Below, piece by piece: positions 13,567 to 27,249 of a stretch of 64,000 nucleotides of DNA. The stretch is from Trichosphaerium sp. ATCC 40318 (taxonomy: Eukaryota > Protista > Tubulinea), in assembly GCA_038496445.1 (NCBI GenBank), contig JALMLS010000216.1, forward strand, positions 434,001 to 498,000. Reading direction: 5' to 3'. Position numbers and translations under genes: made by a program. A model generated the notes under the pieces. It searched no databases, was not told the origin of the DNA, and saw nothing but the letters and a program-made list of their open reading frames with translations. Positions within the stretch are counted from its first letter, which is position 1. Every line of letters begins with the position of its first letter.

Positions 13567-15239
13567 TGAATCTAAAACAGTATTAGGATGGGTAAAGCGA
13601 GAAGAGAAAAGAAAACAAAAAAAAAAAGATAAAAATATAACTCTAGCTTTGCCGTTGCTTCAGCTGTTCTTATACATTAATACGTACTTGTCATCATATT
13701 ATTACTACGCAAGAATTTCAGGTGTTGTTATTTGTGTTTGCGTTTCGAGTTTATGGTGTGGGATATCACTTTTGGTTAATCGTGAACAAACTTTAAGATG
13801 AGTTGTCAACGTCGCTTTTGAAATAAAATATTGATCAAAAAAGGCATTTGTAGGAAAATTCTGTCTATGTTGAACTTGTATTAATTTGTGCAAGGGGAGT
13901 TTAGGAGAGTTTTGGGGTGTAGACTAATCAATTTAAGAGTACATTACTCGAACGCTTCGCTTTATTTGTTTTGGAAAGAGTAATACGGACTTTAACTCTT
14001 AAAAAGAGAAATAGGCAAGCTTTTCGTTGTTTATATGCGTGTGACATCGTATACAGTACAGAAAAACTACGTTTTAGTTTTTTTGCTTTTAGTTTACTTT
14101 AAAAAAAGAGTTCCTTGGTGTATTCGTTGTATTCAAGTTCGTAATGGGCTTTCTATGGTTTGGAGCAACAAAGTTAAAAATGTGATTCCCAAAACGGTTA
14201 AACGGAAAGTTATCCCGTAAAATTGGTACCAGTATAACCACGTAATGATGGGCGACAAAGGTCGTTGTACTAAAAAGTGTGGAAAATCCGAAAACTGACC
14301 AATGTCTATCGAAAGCCTTCAATTGTATGCTATAGATTCTCCTCATATGTGCCATTGGTTACCACACCAAATTGTGAAGTAACATCGAGTTTAATCTGAA
14401 ATATTGGACTTTATTTGCTCGAGGCGACGACTTTTTAAAGCGTGCATTGTGATCTAGCAACTGCACGCAGTTGTTCTACCTAATCTCATTTCCAAGCGTA
14501 TGCCTGTATTACAAGCATAGTACCAGTGTTTTTCGGTCAAAACCCGAGCAGAGGCTGGAATCACCCCTTCCCAAATCCCTTCTCCAAGACGCTCTCTAGA
14601 GAACCTCACACAATAACCAATTACCCACAAGCCATAACTACTCATTGCGGCTAAACCTAATCTCCGCACTATGTTCACAAAAGATATCCTTGGGAAGTGC
14701 TCTAGCAAGGATCTTAGGCGAGGTCTCTTACTTTTGTTTTGAAGCACTTTTCTATCGTTACGAACTTTCCTCAGTTGTTTAACCGTTTATGGGCACAAGC
14801 TACTAGTCTTCGAACAATCCAGAGACTCATCGAATCTACATTGCTCTGTAATGACTGGAGTTTCTTACAAATCAAACCTAGCGCTGTCTTTGTCAACAGG
14901 CACTTTATCAAGTTGTAACAACAGTACTTGGCGTTGTCACTTGGATTGTTTCAAACATACAATATTCTTGGTTAAAACCGAAAGTACTTTTCGTAGTATC
15001 TAGAATGAACAACTCAACATAGCACTTTATTGAAAGTCAAAGTGCTGAAAGACAAAGAAGTTTTGCTTGCGTTAGTTCCAAGCACTCACAATCGTAGATA
15101 GTTGTTTGTTAATTATTTTTAATGTATCGATAGTGTTCAATGGTAGCTCTTAATTTCTCATACCCGAACCGGTTACAAATTGTCACAACCTGTTAACCAC
15201 GGTGGTTTTCTTGGAGCTCTATTTAGTGAAGTCCTTAAT

Positions 15240-15790
15240 ACTTGTATTTTGTTGCAGTACTAACCTTATCCATTATCATACTAAATGAACAAAGTTAGAA
15301 TGAAGTAACAAAAACTTGCACAAGCCCAAAAGTAGTAAACATGATTGATATTCCACCTCTTTATGTTATTTCATTTGCCATGACAACTTAAGGTGTGAAA
15401 GATACTATTGTAAAAGTGTTTTGTGGGCGTTTGCTAAGAGCAGTTGTATACACACTCGGTAGTAGCATAGTAGCCTGCTAGGTTTAAGGTGTATCACAGT
15501 CTTATGTACTGGTTTGTAGTGTACGAGAAAAGGTGTCATATCTTCTGATATAGACATTTTTGAAACCAACATACTCATAGATTATGTCGTGGAACTGTTT
15601 ACTCAGCGTTGTGATTGTTGATCTTGTTTTATCGGTTGCAAAGGCACATATTGTTGATATTACCTCTGGAGGTAGAGAATTCAATAGTATGCGGTTTGTG
15701 AATTGTCTTGTAGCTGTATTGGGTACAACGTTCTTTTGTTTGAATTTCGGCTCACTCATAGCTAACACACCTTTACAAGGAGTTGCTCTT
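15240..15790 (-). pseudogene. Truncated F-box(-LRR) pseudogene, inverted paralog of 17890-18800
   Basis: F-box LLNSLPPEVISTICAF..TLSKQFHDIIYEYVGF, then a stop. The tail at 15240-15362 is the reverse complement of 18600-18800 with an internal deletion. Confidence 0.7.
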
Positions 15791-16085
15791 CAAATCAGTT
15801 CTGTGTACAAGAAATTCCAACTAAATTAAACAACTATAGCTTGACGTACTCTGCGCTTAATACAATAACTAGAAAACAACTTAACTGATTTACAACTTGA
15901 CTTCCTCCCTTACATCAGTTTCGTAACAACAAATCGTGGCAGCTCAAAAAGCACATCCTGTTATTCTTTTATTCATTTATTTAGCTTAACTGGAGCTGTG
16001 GTATGCTCAGTTGCTAACGTACTTATCGTGTATTAGTATTTTACAGCGTTAGGAATCTCTTCAAAAAAAAAAAAGCAAAAGTATC

Positions 16086-17802
16086 TTAGAGCTCTATTGT
16101 AATTACAGGACCTCTTTCTTGTTGACCACCAATGAATTGGACAACACCTATTTAAAAAATAAGTAATGTGGCCTTTAAAAACACTAAGTTTTTTCATACC
16201 TTTATAATCAAACGCGTTGTAGAAAAAAAAGTTACACCAAGGAGCAGCATTTGCTGAAATAACCTAAAAATGAAAAAAATAAGAAAAACCAGCAAAATGA
16301 TATAATTTTCGAAAAAGAAATGCAACTCTAAACTCGGTGGTACCTTCATTATTTCTTGTCCTACCATTCCTCCTAGAATAGCTGCTACAGGACTCATTTG
16401 AAAAGTTGCATTAGCGCCCACCAGACTATTAAAAAAAGGGTTAAAAATCAATCAAAGCGTAATGTTATTTAAAGTTTTCATACGTTAAAAAATCGTTATT
16501 TAGACGTTTACTTGGTTCAACACCTTGCTTTTGAAGTACCGTGCTGGCGAATGAAACAAAATTTTCTGTATCATTTGTGCCAGGGTAACTACCATATTGA
16601 GATCTGAAAGCATGAAGACCTAGACATGAGTTAAAAAAATAGTTTTCTTTTTTTTTTCCATTTCAAAAACCATGCGTACAGTTCACTGCATGAAACATGT
16701 GATTGAATTTACCCTTAGCTTGTACTGCGTTTTGAAAAGAAGGGCAGTACGTAGTACCATTATGTTCCTTTGTTTCACCAGTCTTTTTATCTTTACTTCA
16801 GCAGTACGTCAGAGAAAGAATAACCAAAGAAAAAAAGAGCAAAAAAAATTAGTACGTTGTAGTTGTGTAATGATACTCCTTTAGGTCACTGAAGAAGTAT
16901 CCTTGGTATCCGAATGTTTCAACTATCATAAAATATGCACCCGTTCGTCTACATGACTCATCAAGTTGTATCTACACGTGATTTTAAAAGACAGTTCACC
17001 CAAAACAATAGAAATTAAAAAAAACAAACTAAAAAAAACTACATAACATGCTAACAAATCTGAGTGATTACTAGCTTATTAGTCCATACCATAAACTCTC
17101 TTGCACAATCACCAACACACACTACGTTAAATTGGCGTATCATATCGTCGTTGATACTTTCATAAGGGGCGTTTATCACTATAACAAAAAAGTCAGAAAA
17201 AAAAAACAATGAAACGAATTCTGCGTTTTGTGACATTTAAAAATGATTAATCAACCTACCGTCGATGTCTACAAGTGGATTAAGCTCGCGCAAACGCGAT
17301 ATGGAAGCTGCTGCTCGCTAAAAAACGTTTTATTAGAATGTTTCGCGTTTTGGTAGAGTTACGTTTTGACCGATGCGGTTAGGTTCTAGCAACAAGTGAG
17401 CCGGATAGTCACTCTCTGAGACTGCTTTATTGTCGATTAATCGGACCTATTTATTGTTAACACTACAATTGAGCGAAAATGTAACGTACATGGTTTAAAC
17501 CTGCCAGTACAACGTTTTTTGCTACCTAATAGTTCGTTAACACGTAATTTTTAGCGCGAATTTTTAAACGCACTTCTGATACGACAGCCGTAATGCCTAC
17601 GAATAGGACCTTCGCTGTGGCTAGTCTTTGTTGCGCCTTCAATCATTAGATGTAATAATACATTATTACGCCCACCTTTACTCCCCAGAGTCTTATTTGA
17701 CGATCATAAAGTTGTGCCTCTGTTTTTGTTATAGCACCGCCATTTCCTGGAGCCTAGTGGCGTTATAAATAGTCTTTTGTACTTCTGATGTACCTCTTCC
17801 AT
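16086..17802 (-). CDS. SAE1: SUMO-activating enzyme subunit 1 (Aos1)
   Basis: MEE|APGNGGAITKTEAQLYDRQIRLWGVK|AQQRLATAKVLFVG..E|VAKNVVLAG..LRELNPLV..QMSPVAAILGGMVGQEIMK; stop TAA at 16086-16088. Confidence 0.92.
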
Positions 17803-17889
17803 CACCACAACAGTCCTGAAGGCACTAGGATACCAGAATGCTTAAGGCTTAACTTACCTTAAGTGGCGAGCAATTTTAGACTCGCAAGC

Positions 17890-18800
17890 TTCACGTAGCA
17901 GAGTGAGCCAAAAATTCTAACAAAAGAACGCTGTACCAAATACGATGACCACAGGACAAGTAACAAACTGCATACTATTGAATTCTCTACCTCCAGAAGT
18001 AATATCAGCAATATGTGCCTTTACAACCGATAAAACAAGATCAACGATTGCAACACTTAGTAAACAATTCTACGACATAATCTATGAGTATGTTGGTTTC
18101 GACAACATTTACATCCCACAAACTACAACAGCGATCACAACGCTGAGTAAACAATTCTACGACATAATCTATGAGTATGTTGGTTTCAACAACATTTACA
18201 TCCCACAAACTACAACAGAAGGACTCGTAAACTACAAGCCAATACATAAAACTGCTATACATCTTGGTAGGACATGTGACGATAAAGTATGTAAACAAAT
18301 ACTCATAACAAGCCGCCCATGTAATATCTTTTGCAATAGTGCCTGAGGAGCCTCAAGAGATTTCATAATTTTGTCATCATATCAAATGAAACAATATTTC
18401 GTTACAGCCTATGTGATTGTGAAAACCTTCATACTATTGATCTATCATATTCAATCATTAATGATGACTGTATTTGCCATTTATCAGGTGCTCATACAGT
18501 CATCCTATCTAACACCAACGTGACAAATTGTTGTTTGACACACCTCACAAATGTGAAGCAAGTTGGTCTCAGTGGAACTAAAGTTGACAAGAACGCCATA
18601 AAGAGGTGGAATATCAATCATTGTCCTATTCTTAAAATAGTAAATGTTGCGTGTCCAAACCTTCTTCAACTTATTTACCTTGATGTTTATGAGTTTACTA
18701 CTTTTGGGTTTGTGCAAGTTTTTGTTTGTTTTACTTCATTCTAACTTTGTTTATTTAGTATGATGATGGATAAGGTTAGTACTGCAACAAAATACAAGTA
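17890..18800 (+). pseudogene. F-box-LRR pseudogene with internal 87-nt tandem duplication
   Basis: F-box LLNSLPPEVISAICAF and a duplicated 29-aa block, stop at 18346. Disconnected LRR remnants follow (NLHTIDLSYSIINDDCICHLSGAHTVILSNTNVTN). Confidence 0.72.
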
Positions 18801-19514
18801 TGTCACTTTGAATACAACATTACTTTAACAAAGTTCATGTTTATTACAACGTAACTTACATTGTACAAGGAAAGACATCTTTGAAATACACATTAGTACA
18901 ATCAAGAGAAAAATAGTAATATCTTCTGACAAAGAAATGTCAACACGTCTTGGAAATGGTGAACCCAACACTATTTTTTTATGATACTATTTTTTTCTAA
19001 CAAGTGTCTTTGTAGAGATTGACTTGTATCCAAATGTGTGTGGCGTTCACCTGATAAAACGAAGACCTGAGTTAGATGTACACAATAAAGGTTTTGGTAT
19101 CATGATTAATTATGTATTTTTTAGGAGAATCACTACCTATTTGACAACAGCCATCTTGATGTTGACGTATTATCAACCCTTATTCGAAGGCTTCGGACCA
19201 AGTAAGGGTACAAAATTGACATTACAGATACTGGGTATATAGAACACCAGTAACCCATATGGTGTCAAGGAAAAGTACAAACAGAATGTTAACTGTTATT
19301 TGAATAAAAGTTAGTTTTCGTACTACCAAACGTTGTTGTTTTCTAAGGTTATACCACGTAATATTCTACGTTTTATCTTGTGGTCTTACATACTCAGATA
19401 GAATACTATAGCTACAGTTATTGAAACTGTGGTTCAATCTATCGTGTCTGACTTGTATTATTGTCAGTCTTGTCTAGTCCAACCAAACGCTGTGTCACAT
19501 CTTCATATTGAGAA

Positions 19515-19655
19515 AGTTGGAGGTAGCGTTGGAGGTTGCTGGAGGAAGTGTTGTTGGAGGTAGCGTTGTAGGTAACGTTGGAGGCAGTGTTGTTGGAGGT
19601 AAATTCGTTGGGGTAATGATGGAGGTAACGTTGTAGGAGGAAGAGGAGGAAGTAA
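19515..19655. repeat. Degenerate short tandem repeat (GTTGGAGG-core units)
   Basis: Repeated gttggaggtagc / gttggagg variants. Confidence 0.6.
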
Positions 19656-19913
19656 CATTGTTGGGATGCAATACAAATTAAGAATGAACAAAACTTTAAC
19701 CTTTAATGATTTATTATTAGAAGAAACCCTGCAAATAAAACTAGTCTTGATTTCTTTTATTCTACAGAGATAATTAGAGATTGACTCGCACAATAACACG
19801 GTTTTCACATGATAGAAGACAATTTTTGTTTGCCAGTTTCTTGCGAAATGAGCCTCACAATAACATACAGTAAACACAAACTTTCTTTCTCTTGTATTCA
19901 GTGCAGGATGTTG

Positions 19914-21938
19914 CTACGCATCTGGTACAAAAAATAGGAAAGATGACTTCTGACCATTAAATTCACGTCTACTTTCCGGGTAGCATTGATTGTGCTTATG
20001 AAGAATGTTCAAAATATCAAAGATATCCTGTTCTTTAAAGTACATGTTCTCTACAGCAGCGGTATCTTGCTGTTGCGTCCATTTTTCTACAGCCCTAAAA
20101 AAAACACAACACAAAATTAGTAATCTAAAGTAAAACCAAATAAAACAAAATCACGTGGAGAGAATTAAAAAATCTCAAAAAATTCTTAACATTGAGGGGA
20201 GTAATAAAAACGATGGCGACAGGATTTGAACCTGCGAACCCCAAGGGTACTTGATTTCAAGTCAAGCTGCTTTAACCAGCTGGCTACACCACCTTTGCGT
20301 TGATTACTCACTACCACGGCAATGACCCGCCGCAATTGAAGCAAAATAAACAGTAAAAGCATATTGTGAAACAGAAAATCGAACCAAAAATCGTTCACTC
20401 CAAAAGTTTCCAAAAAAAAATCACAAGTACGTACTTTTTCCCTTTCTCCTCGTTTGCTAAACAATCATAAAATAAAACTTTGAGGACAGGCCTGAACCCT
20501 TTATGGCCTTCGCCATAATCACTCTCCTGGTTTGTGCACAGAAGATTATCCGAATTCATAAGAAGTACCAGAATACGCTCTTTTCCTTTTTCGTTACAAA
20601 TAAAAAATCGAAAACAAGTATGTGCTTGTGTTGCAGCTAAAAGCTTTGCTGATAAAAATGTCTCTAGTGTGTGGTTTGAGAATATATCATCACCTCCGAT
20701 ATTTGATTGAGACGTAACACAGTGTTTGTATAGTTCGTAATTGGTACTTAAGCCTTCTTTGGAGTGAAGTTAGCCGAATGAAAAAAAAGCCATGCCTCCA
20801 CTAGAGACCACTATGAATTTGATACGTACTCTTTGGTAGTAGTTCTACATAACCAATCTCATAAGCACATTGCTTACAACGAACTTGCGCCCACTTAGTG
20901 TCCCAATCAACAAGTTTCTAAAAACTGTTAAATTTGGCAATTCAAAAAAAAGGACTTTTAAAAGAAACTACGCACTTTGTGGCTATCTCTTTGTCGTGTT
21001 AGGCGTTGATTATGAAACTGCTGATTTGGTGGATTCTTGTTCGTATCTATCAATATATTCTACATGAATGTTACGCGCCGAACAACTTGTGGAAAAAAAA
21101 ATTACTTTTTTGTTAATGTTATCTCCATGGATGAGCATGTGATGGCGTCCTAGTAGCATTGTGTTTGTTTTAGCGCGTATAGGACCGTGTGCTACTATTG
21201 AGGTATCGAGCATTGAGCTAAATACAAGTAAGCAAATAGGAATCAAACGACCAAATAAAACGTGTTGAGATGCCTTGCCTGCAACAATAACAGACCCACA
21301 TATCGCTAAGCTCATGCCAATGATCACTGGGAAGCTTGGTGACATAATTTATATCTCCTTCCGTGTCTTCGCTTTGCGTTTCGGACCCTCCAACAACATT
21401 GCAACCGCAAAACCCGCAGAACAAATTTTTTACAGCGTCAGCTGCAGGTGCATGCTCTATAAATTCCTACCCACTAATTAACAAACCAAACGTAGTAGTG
21501 GATAACATACTTTGTGATAAGGGTTATCAAATCGCCTTTCAATCCTACTCACTGGTGCGCCAGGTAGCTTGCAGCGCAAAGACAAGTGATCCTGTTGAGG
21601 AAGGTGAAGTTTAGTTAATTTTCAGTTGTAGAGTGTACTTACTTTGTATGTTATTACGCGTATCGTGTCAGTAGCCACTTGCGCGCCAAAATCGAGGCGA
21701 AGAGGCTTCGTTGAGGCATTTTGAAAGGAAATTATACATACACTACCAGTAATTCTTACGTGTGGCTTTGTCTTGAGTAAACAATGAGTCTCTAGATAAT
21801 TTACCTTTCACGTACATTTTCTGCGTCCAATCTTACTAAGAGCTCAATCTGATTAATGCCAAGTTGCTTTTCTATAATATATATAGGTGCTGATGATGCT
21901 TCGTTAAGAGTTGCGGTTTTGTGGTTCACGGTATTCAT
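19914..21938 (-). CDS. UBE3D: E3 ubiquitin-protein ligase E3D / Ipa1-like (HECT_2 family)
   Basis: FCGFCG..LPSDHWHELSDMWVC, later CSKCA, PVLKVLF, and C-terminal NQCYPESRREFNG..FL. The last intron 20095-20434 splices in frame (AA|G). Confidence 0.78.
20211..20293 (-). tRNA. tRNA-Ser(UGA)
   Basis: GGTGGTG acceptor pairs with CGCCATC, G discriminator, anticodon arm CTTGA-CT[TGA]AA-TCAAG, long variable arm, GGTTCAAATCC T-loop, followed by a TTTTT Pol III terminator. Confidence 0.92.
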
Positions 21939-21993
21939 TTCATTCACAGTTGTGACACCCCTAAAAAAAATTTAAAGAGTTAACGCACCGCTT

Positions 21994-23621
21994 ATGCAAA
22001 AGTCAGACCTCCCTGCAATACGCTCTTCGATTAACGGATCGGTACGTTATTTTGTAGAGGTGGTTATAACTATCCCTCTTTAAATTAATCTATTTTGAAG
22101 ACCAATGAGTTTGTAGAGTTTTTTAACACTTGTATTTTAGGTGCAAGCATCCGGGGCTGGTAAAAAAAAGAAAAAAAAAACGTTTTTATTTTTGGTGCTT
22201 GTAGAATTAATAGAGGGTCTATTTAGCGCGCCTTTATAAAGCAAATGGCGGCAGTTGGGGCTATACAGGATTTGAAGGAGGAGCAGCCGTCGTTACTGAC
22301 GCGAACAAGAACCACTTCTTAAAGCTTGTTGATTTAGACGTAAGTTACACTATTCTTATCGAAAACGCTAAACAACCAAAAAACCAAAAAGACTTGAAAA
22401 AAAATATTTGAATTTAACACTCGCTTTCAAAGGGATCACGTGTTGTATTCAGCCAAGAATTTTATGAAGGCTTTATCTACAACGTCAGTTCAGAAAAACA
22501 GCTACACACTTTCGAGACAGACGGATGGGTCGGAGCATTGTAAATACCACACTCACGTGCTTTCTTTTTTTTCTTTTTTTTTTTTTTTCTAATTTCCCTT
22601 CACAAAGCTTTATTGCGCGTATTTTGGCCTTTTTTCTTTTTGTATGTTAACGTACGTTTTTTTAGCTCCTTCGCGGATAAGAAAGAAGCAGCAAAGTTTG
22701 CCAGTAAGGTAGCGTCTTTGAAAAAGAAGGTCGGCAAAGGCTCAAAAAAAAAGGCAAGCGACAACAGAATTTTTTTACAAAGGCGCCTTTATGCTTTTCT
22801 AACCTACGCTATAGAAGGGTAAAAAGGCTCCAGCAGGATTCTCGCTCTCCGGACCAAACAGTTTTAAGTATGTAATCATATTTAGAGCCTATCTTGAGCT
22901 TCTCCGTTTCTTCACCTTGAAAAAATACTTTGACAACAAAAAACGGAGCGCTAACAAAACCTAGACATGTGGGTCACGTCGGACGCGGGAGTTCAGGATT
23001 TGAGGTACGTGGGGTGCCCAAAGAGTTCGAGCAAGTCATGGGCGATGGAACACGCGTCACAGTGTCAGCCGGTGCGGGTTCTCCAGCACCACGTGCTCCA
23101 TTCCAACTCCCAGGTACTATAAAAAAAAACACTAGTTTTTGCAATTCTAAAACAAAAGAAACTGTACTGATTCCCTTGTAGGTGCCACAGGCGCCCCGCC
23201 TCCTCCGCCAATGGGAGGAGGTATGCCAGCACCGCCACCTCCACCTTGTACGTAAAAAAAATTCAACAAAAAACCTGAAAAGCTTTGATACGCTATTGTG
23301 AAGTGTTATTTGCGTTTTTAATGCGTAGCATAATACTTAGCGTACAAACAACCATAATTAAATTAAATAACGCTTCTAACACTCAAAAAAGCTGGAGGAG
23401 GAGTACCACCGCCTCCACCAATGGGTAAATCGTCAAAGAAAGGAAAAGGGAAAGGAAAACCACCAGCTGCAGCAGGAAGGTCCGCATACGCATAATAATA
23501 TGTATATAATTACTTACCGGCTGTTTTAAACAGAGGAGGTTTACTTTCGTCTATTCAAGGCTTTAAAAAAGGAGGGCTTCAAAAGACTGAGACCAATGAT
23601 AGATCTGGTCCGCTGGTATGA
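21994..23621 (+). CDS. WASP-like protein: WH1 - basic - CRIB - polyproline - WH2, with no C/A region
   Basis: WH1 (ARLYKANGGSWGYTG..QEFYEGFIY..HTFETDGWVGAF|SFADKKEA..F), CRIB (LSGPNSFK|HVGHVG), PPPPP runs, WH2 (GR|GGLLSSIQGFKKGGLQKTETNDRSGPLV*). Confidence 0.85.
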
Positions 23622-26600
23622 TTTCCTAAGTATTCTTTCTCTATCGTCTCTCGTGCAAAGTATTCAAAGTTTCTCTCGTGCCTTTTTTTTGTTTCTCAGT
23701 TTTCTGTCCCATCGAAATTCTCGAGTTTTCTGCAAGTGCTTTCATCAAGACAATCTGAAAAAGACAATCATTGATTTCATCTCTCTCTACTCTACTCTCC
23801 TTCTTTACAAATTAGTTTCTAACTCACCGTTTCCTATATCAGTTGTAGAATCATCACACAATTCTTATACTGTCTACGGCAATAATCACTGTACAATTGG
23901 ACACTAAAAGTATCATATACTCCACTCGTTGTTGGTTTTTTTTTTACAAATGTTATTTCACAACAAAGATCTATCTCGTTAAAGCTCTTTGCAACGAAAG
24001 AGGTCATTCATGTCACTCACAAAAATAAACGTTGTGATAGATTTATCAATAATCTATTTTTATCAGACATTTAGTCCAGTTATGCACGCCACTAACGTTG
24101 TCTTGTGCGTTCGACGAAGTGGTGAGTAATTTACTTTGCCACTATTGCCAATACTTGTCGATACTTTAACTCCTTTCTTGTTTCATTAGATACATTAACT
24201 CTAAGTGGTACAGGGCTATTTATATTTGGCGTTGGCTGCGCAGTAAAAATCAAGTAAAAAAAAAACAATCACGTGATTTACTTATTTAATCATTTTTGTA
24301 CTGTTCTGTTTACGGCACTTGACAGTACGTCAATTCTTGAGTACCTACTTTTTTTTATACGGCAATTAATGCTTCTGCGTAAATCACGTGCGCACAAAGA
24401 CATGCCAACAAAAACGGAAAAAAAAGAAAATAATTTGTACCCAATTTCATATTTGGGCTAAAAAGCGTAGTCATCCGTCTTGTGAAGTATACCAGCATCT
24501 CTAGCCGCGATTACAACCAAATACAATAGCTTTACGGAGGCTGTTTGGTTAAGGCTTTGGCTATTAAACTGTGAACTATCTATGCCAGCAATAAACTGTT
24601 GTTTACTTTACAAACCTCAACTAAGTAATTTTCGGTTATTTTCTCAACTGGTACTTCCGAACCAGACAACAAAGAATTGCGATATAAGTTAAAGAACCTA
24701 CCACACTAAAGTGCGAACGCGAAATAAGTTTTAATTGATCTCGTGGTGCAGTTTTTGCATAAATTAACAAGAACGCGTTTTTTGGGTGTACCCATTTAAA
24801 GGCGTTTGTGAATATGCACTATACAGTGTATAGGCGTATTAAAGCTATTCTTTTCATAAGAATTGTCTTACTATCTTTTATTTTAAGGTGTTTGTGTTTG
24901 TATGTATCTGAGGGTACACGTGAAGGAAGGTATAAAACAATTTTAAATCTGCAAGCGAGAATTTAAAAAAAAAGGAACGCACATTGAAAACCCGGCTCTG
25001 TCGTTTAAGTACTACGCTTCAGGAATATGAAAATGTATAATGGAAGGCGTCTAACTTATAATTTTCAGTACACATAAGGTTTTGAGAACATTCTGCTCAA
25101 AAGTCTATCGTCAGGAGTCAGTTATAGCTTCCTAACAACAAACCTTTCAAAGTATCTTAGAAAATTTTAATGGGCAAAAGAGTTACGAAAATCTTCTTTT
25201 GTGGCGCACTCTGTACGCTCCTTTTTCGCATCTGAACAATACCTAGTGTTGTATTGGGTTTTCAGTTGTGTGCACAAGGCGTTCGGGTTTATCCAGATGC
25301 TCATAAAGCGCTCAATTAAAGGTTTTATAAAAACCAATTGTTTTTTGTTTGTTCCGCAAGTCAAAGCATTGAAGTGTTCACGAGGCGCCAGAAATAGATC
25401 GCTGCATATACTGCAGGGGTACAAGGAGTTGTTGCCGCGGTAAACAGCTTCCCGCAACCCTATAAAACCGTTTTAGAAGAGCGGTTTTTGTCGCTTTAAA
25501 TAAAACCTTCGCTAGTAGTGTGAACGCACCTATACTTAGCTCATCACATGCAGCAGAGTTTATTCACGTGGTAAAGCGTTTTTGGGGCATGGAGGTGAGG
25601 GAACATTGTAATCGCTAGCTTTCTTAAAGGTCAATCCTGATACTATCTTTGTTTTAATGGTCCTGGACTTTGCAGCAGTCCGTCAAGTAGCAAAAATCCT
25701 GAATCAATTTTGAAACTTTCTTTAAACGTCATGCTTACTCACTTTTCCTTGCTTTCCTTGTGACACGACCCGGTGACATGCAATAAACCACATAACGACA
25801 TCATTTCAAAAAGGCGGAAGAGAATTTCGTCACAAACGCGTGGATAAGCGTATTTTTTATCCTAAACGCTAAGAATAAGTATAAAGAATACAGGTACAAA
25901 CAAAAAAGAAAAAGTTGAAGTTAACGACACCTTTGTGAGCCCGAACGTTTCACTTTTTAGTGCATGGTTCAACCACTTTGTCCGCCTTTATCTAACAAAA
26001 AAATTTAGGTATGGTACGTATATGAGGGAACTACACTAAGACATATAAGGAACTAAAACAAATAAGAAGAAGCACGAAAAAAAGAGAGAAAAAAAAAAAC
26101 TTGTAAGAATTTTGAGACGTTTTCTATATCTCGAAAGACGGAAATCTTTGATTACACACTTGCAGTTTTTTTGTGAACCCACAACCTTTCACACATTCAA
26201 AGGCTTATGCGCCAAATATAACTTCTTGCCTTAGAAATGATCTAACACGTGTTGAGAAGCGTCACTTTGATTTTTTTCAAAGGTACACCGATTTTTGCAC
26301 GATAAGTGGAATGTGTTGCCTGCTCGGTTCAAACTTGTCTCTTGCTTAAAAACAAAAAATTCCAAAGCCAGTAAAGAACCTTGAAAGCAATGCTAACACA
26401 CACTTCACATACACAGACATACAGTACCATGCATCAATGTAATAAGAACAATATTGAAGCAGTAAAGGCGTTGGGTTTCATTCTCCGTTCTATCGAGTTA
26501 TGCGGGGCTTGTAGCGATGTAATTTGTTGTACTGTACGTAATGAAACGATAAAACGCAGTGTTTTGGAGCAAATTGCCGTTTGGCTTTAGTATTTCGTAA

Positions 26601-27249
26601 ATTTTTTTTTTTTTGTTTTGGTTTTTGTTTTGTTCTTCTTCTGTTTTTTCTTTCGAAAAGAAACCAAACCACCTTTGGACCTTTATAAAAAAATCCAAGA
26701 GTTTCTTTTTCTTCATCAAACATTTAAGAAGTCTTTTCTTCGCCTTTAGCAAATCACGTTTCTTCTTTTAATTATGACCTTCTACGTTGAGGTTGTTCGG
26801 AGGTGCAAAATTGTTTAGAAACAACACTCTTTTTTTTCTTTCTTTCTTTTGGGTTGTGTTTTTGAAATCTTCCTCTCGGCCTTGAGACTTCCGCTTTTCG
26901 CAAACTGAAATAAAACCCATCATATTCTTTTCTTTGTGGATAAAATTGAATTCTAAACAGCCCAGTCCGAACTTCCTGAAAGCCAAAAAATTAAAAGAAA
27001 ACAATGTACAAATGACGTTACCCAAAAATCGACTTTTTTTTTCGCGACCAACCGCTTTGTGTACCAACTCATCTTTGTTAGGAAATATTCAGTAGACAGT
27101 GCTCTAAAGAATGGGAAACTTCCATAACGTTTCTAGTACAATGGAGATTCGTAACGGTGAGTGCACACTCACACTTGCGCTGAGTTTTTTTTTTGCCTAT
27201 CTTTCTTATTCCCGTTACTCACTCATACTTCGTTTAGATCAGTCGTACT

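Noticed and set aside
20211-20293. tRNA with 'TGA' read as a selenocysteine or suppressor tRNA
   Set aside because: Anticodon UGA decodes UCA (Ser); tRNA-Sec would have anticodon UCA and a longer acceptor arm.
24000-27060. Short ORFs in the long intergenic region
   Set aside because: Low-complexity K/F-rich translations of polyA/T tracts with no consistent exon chain.
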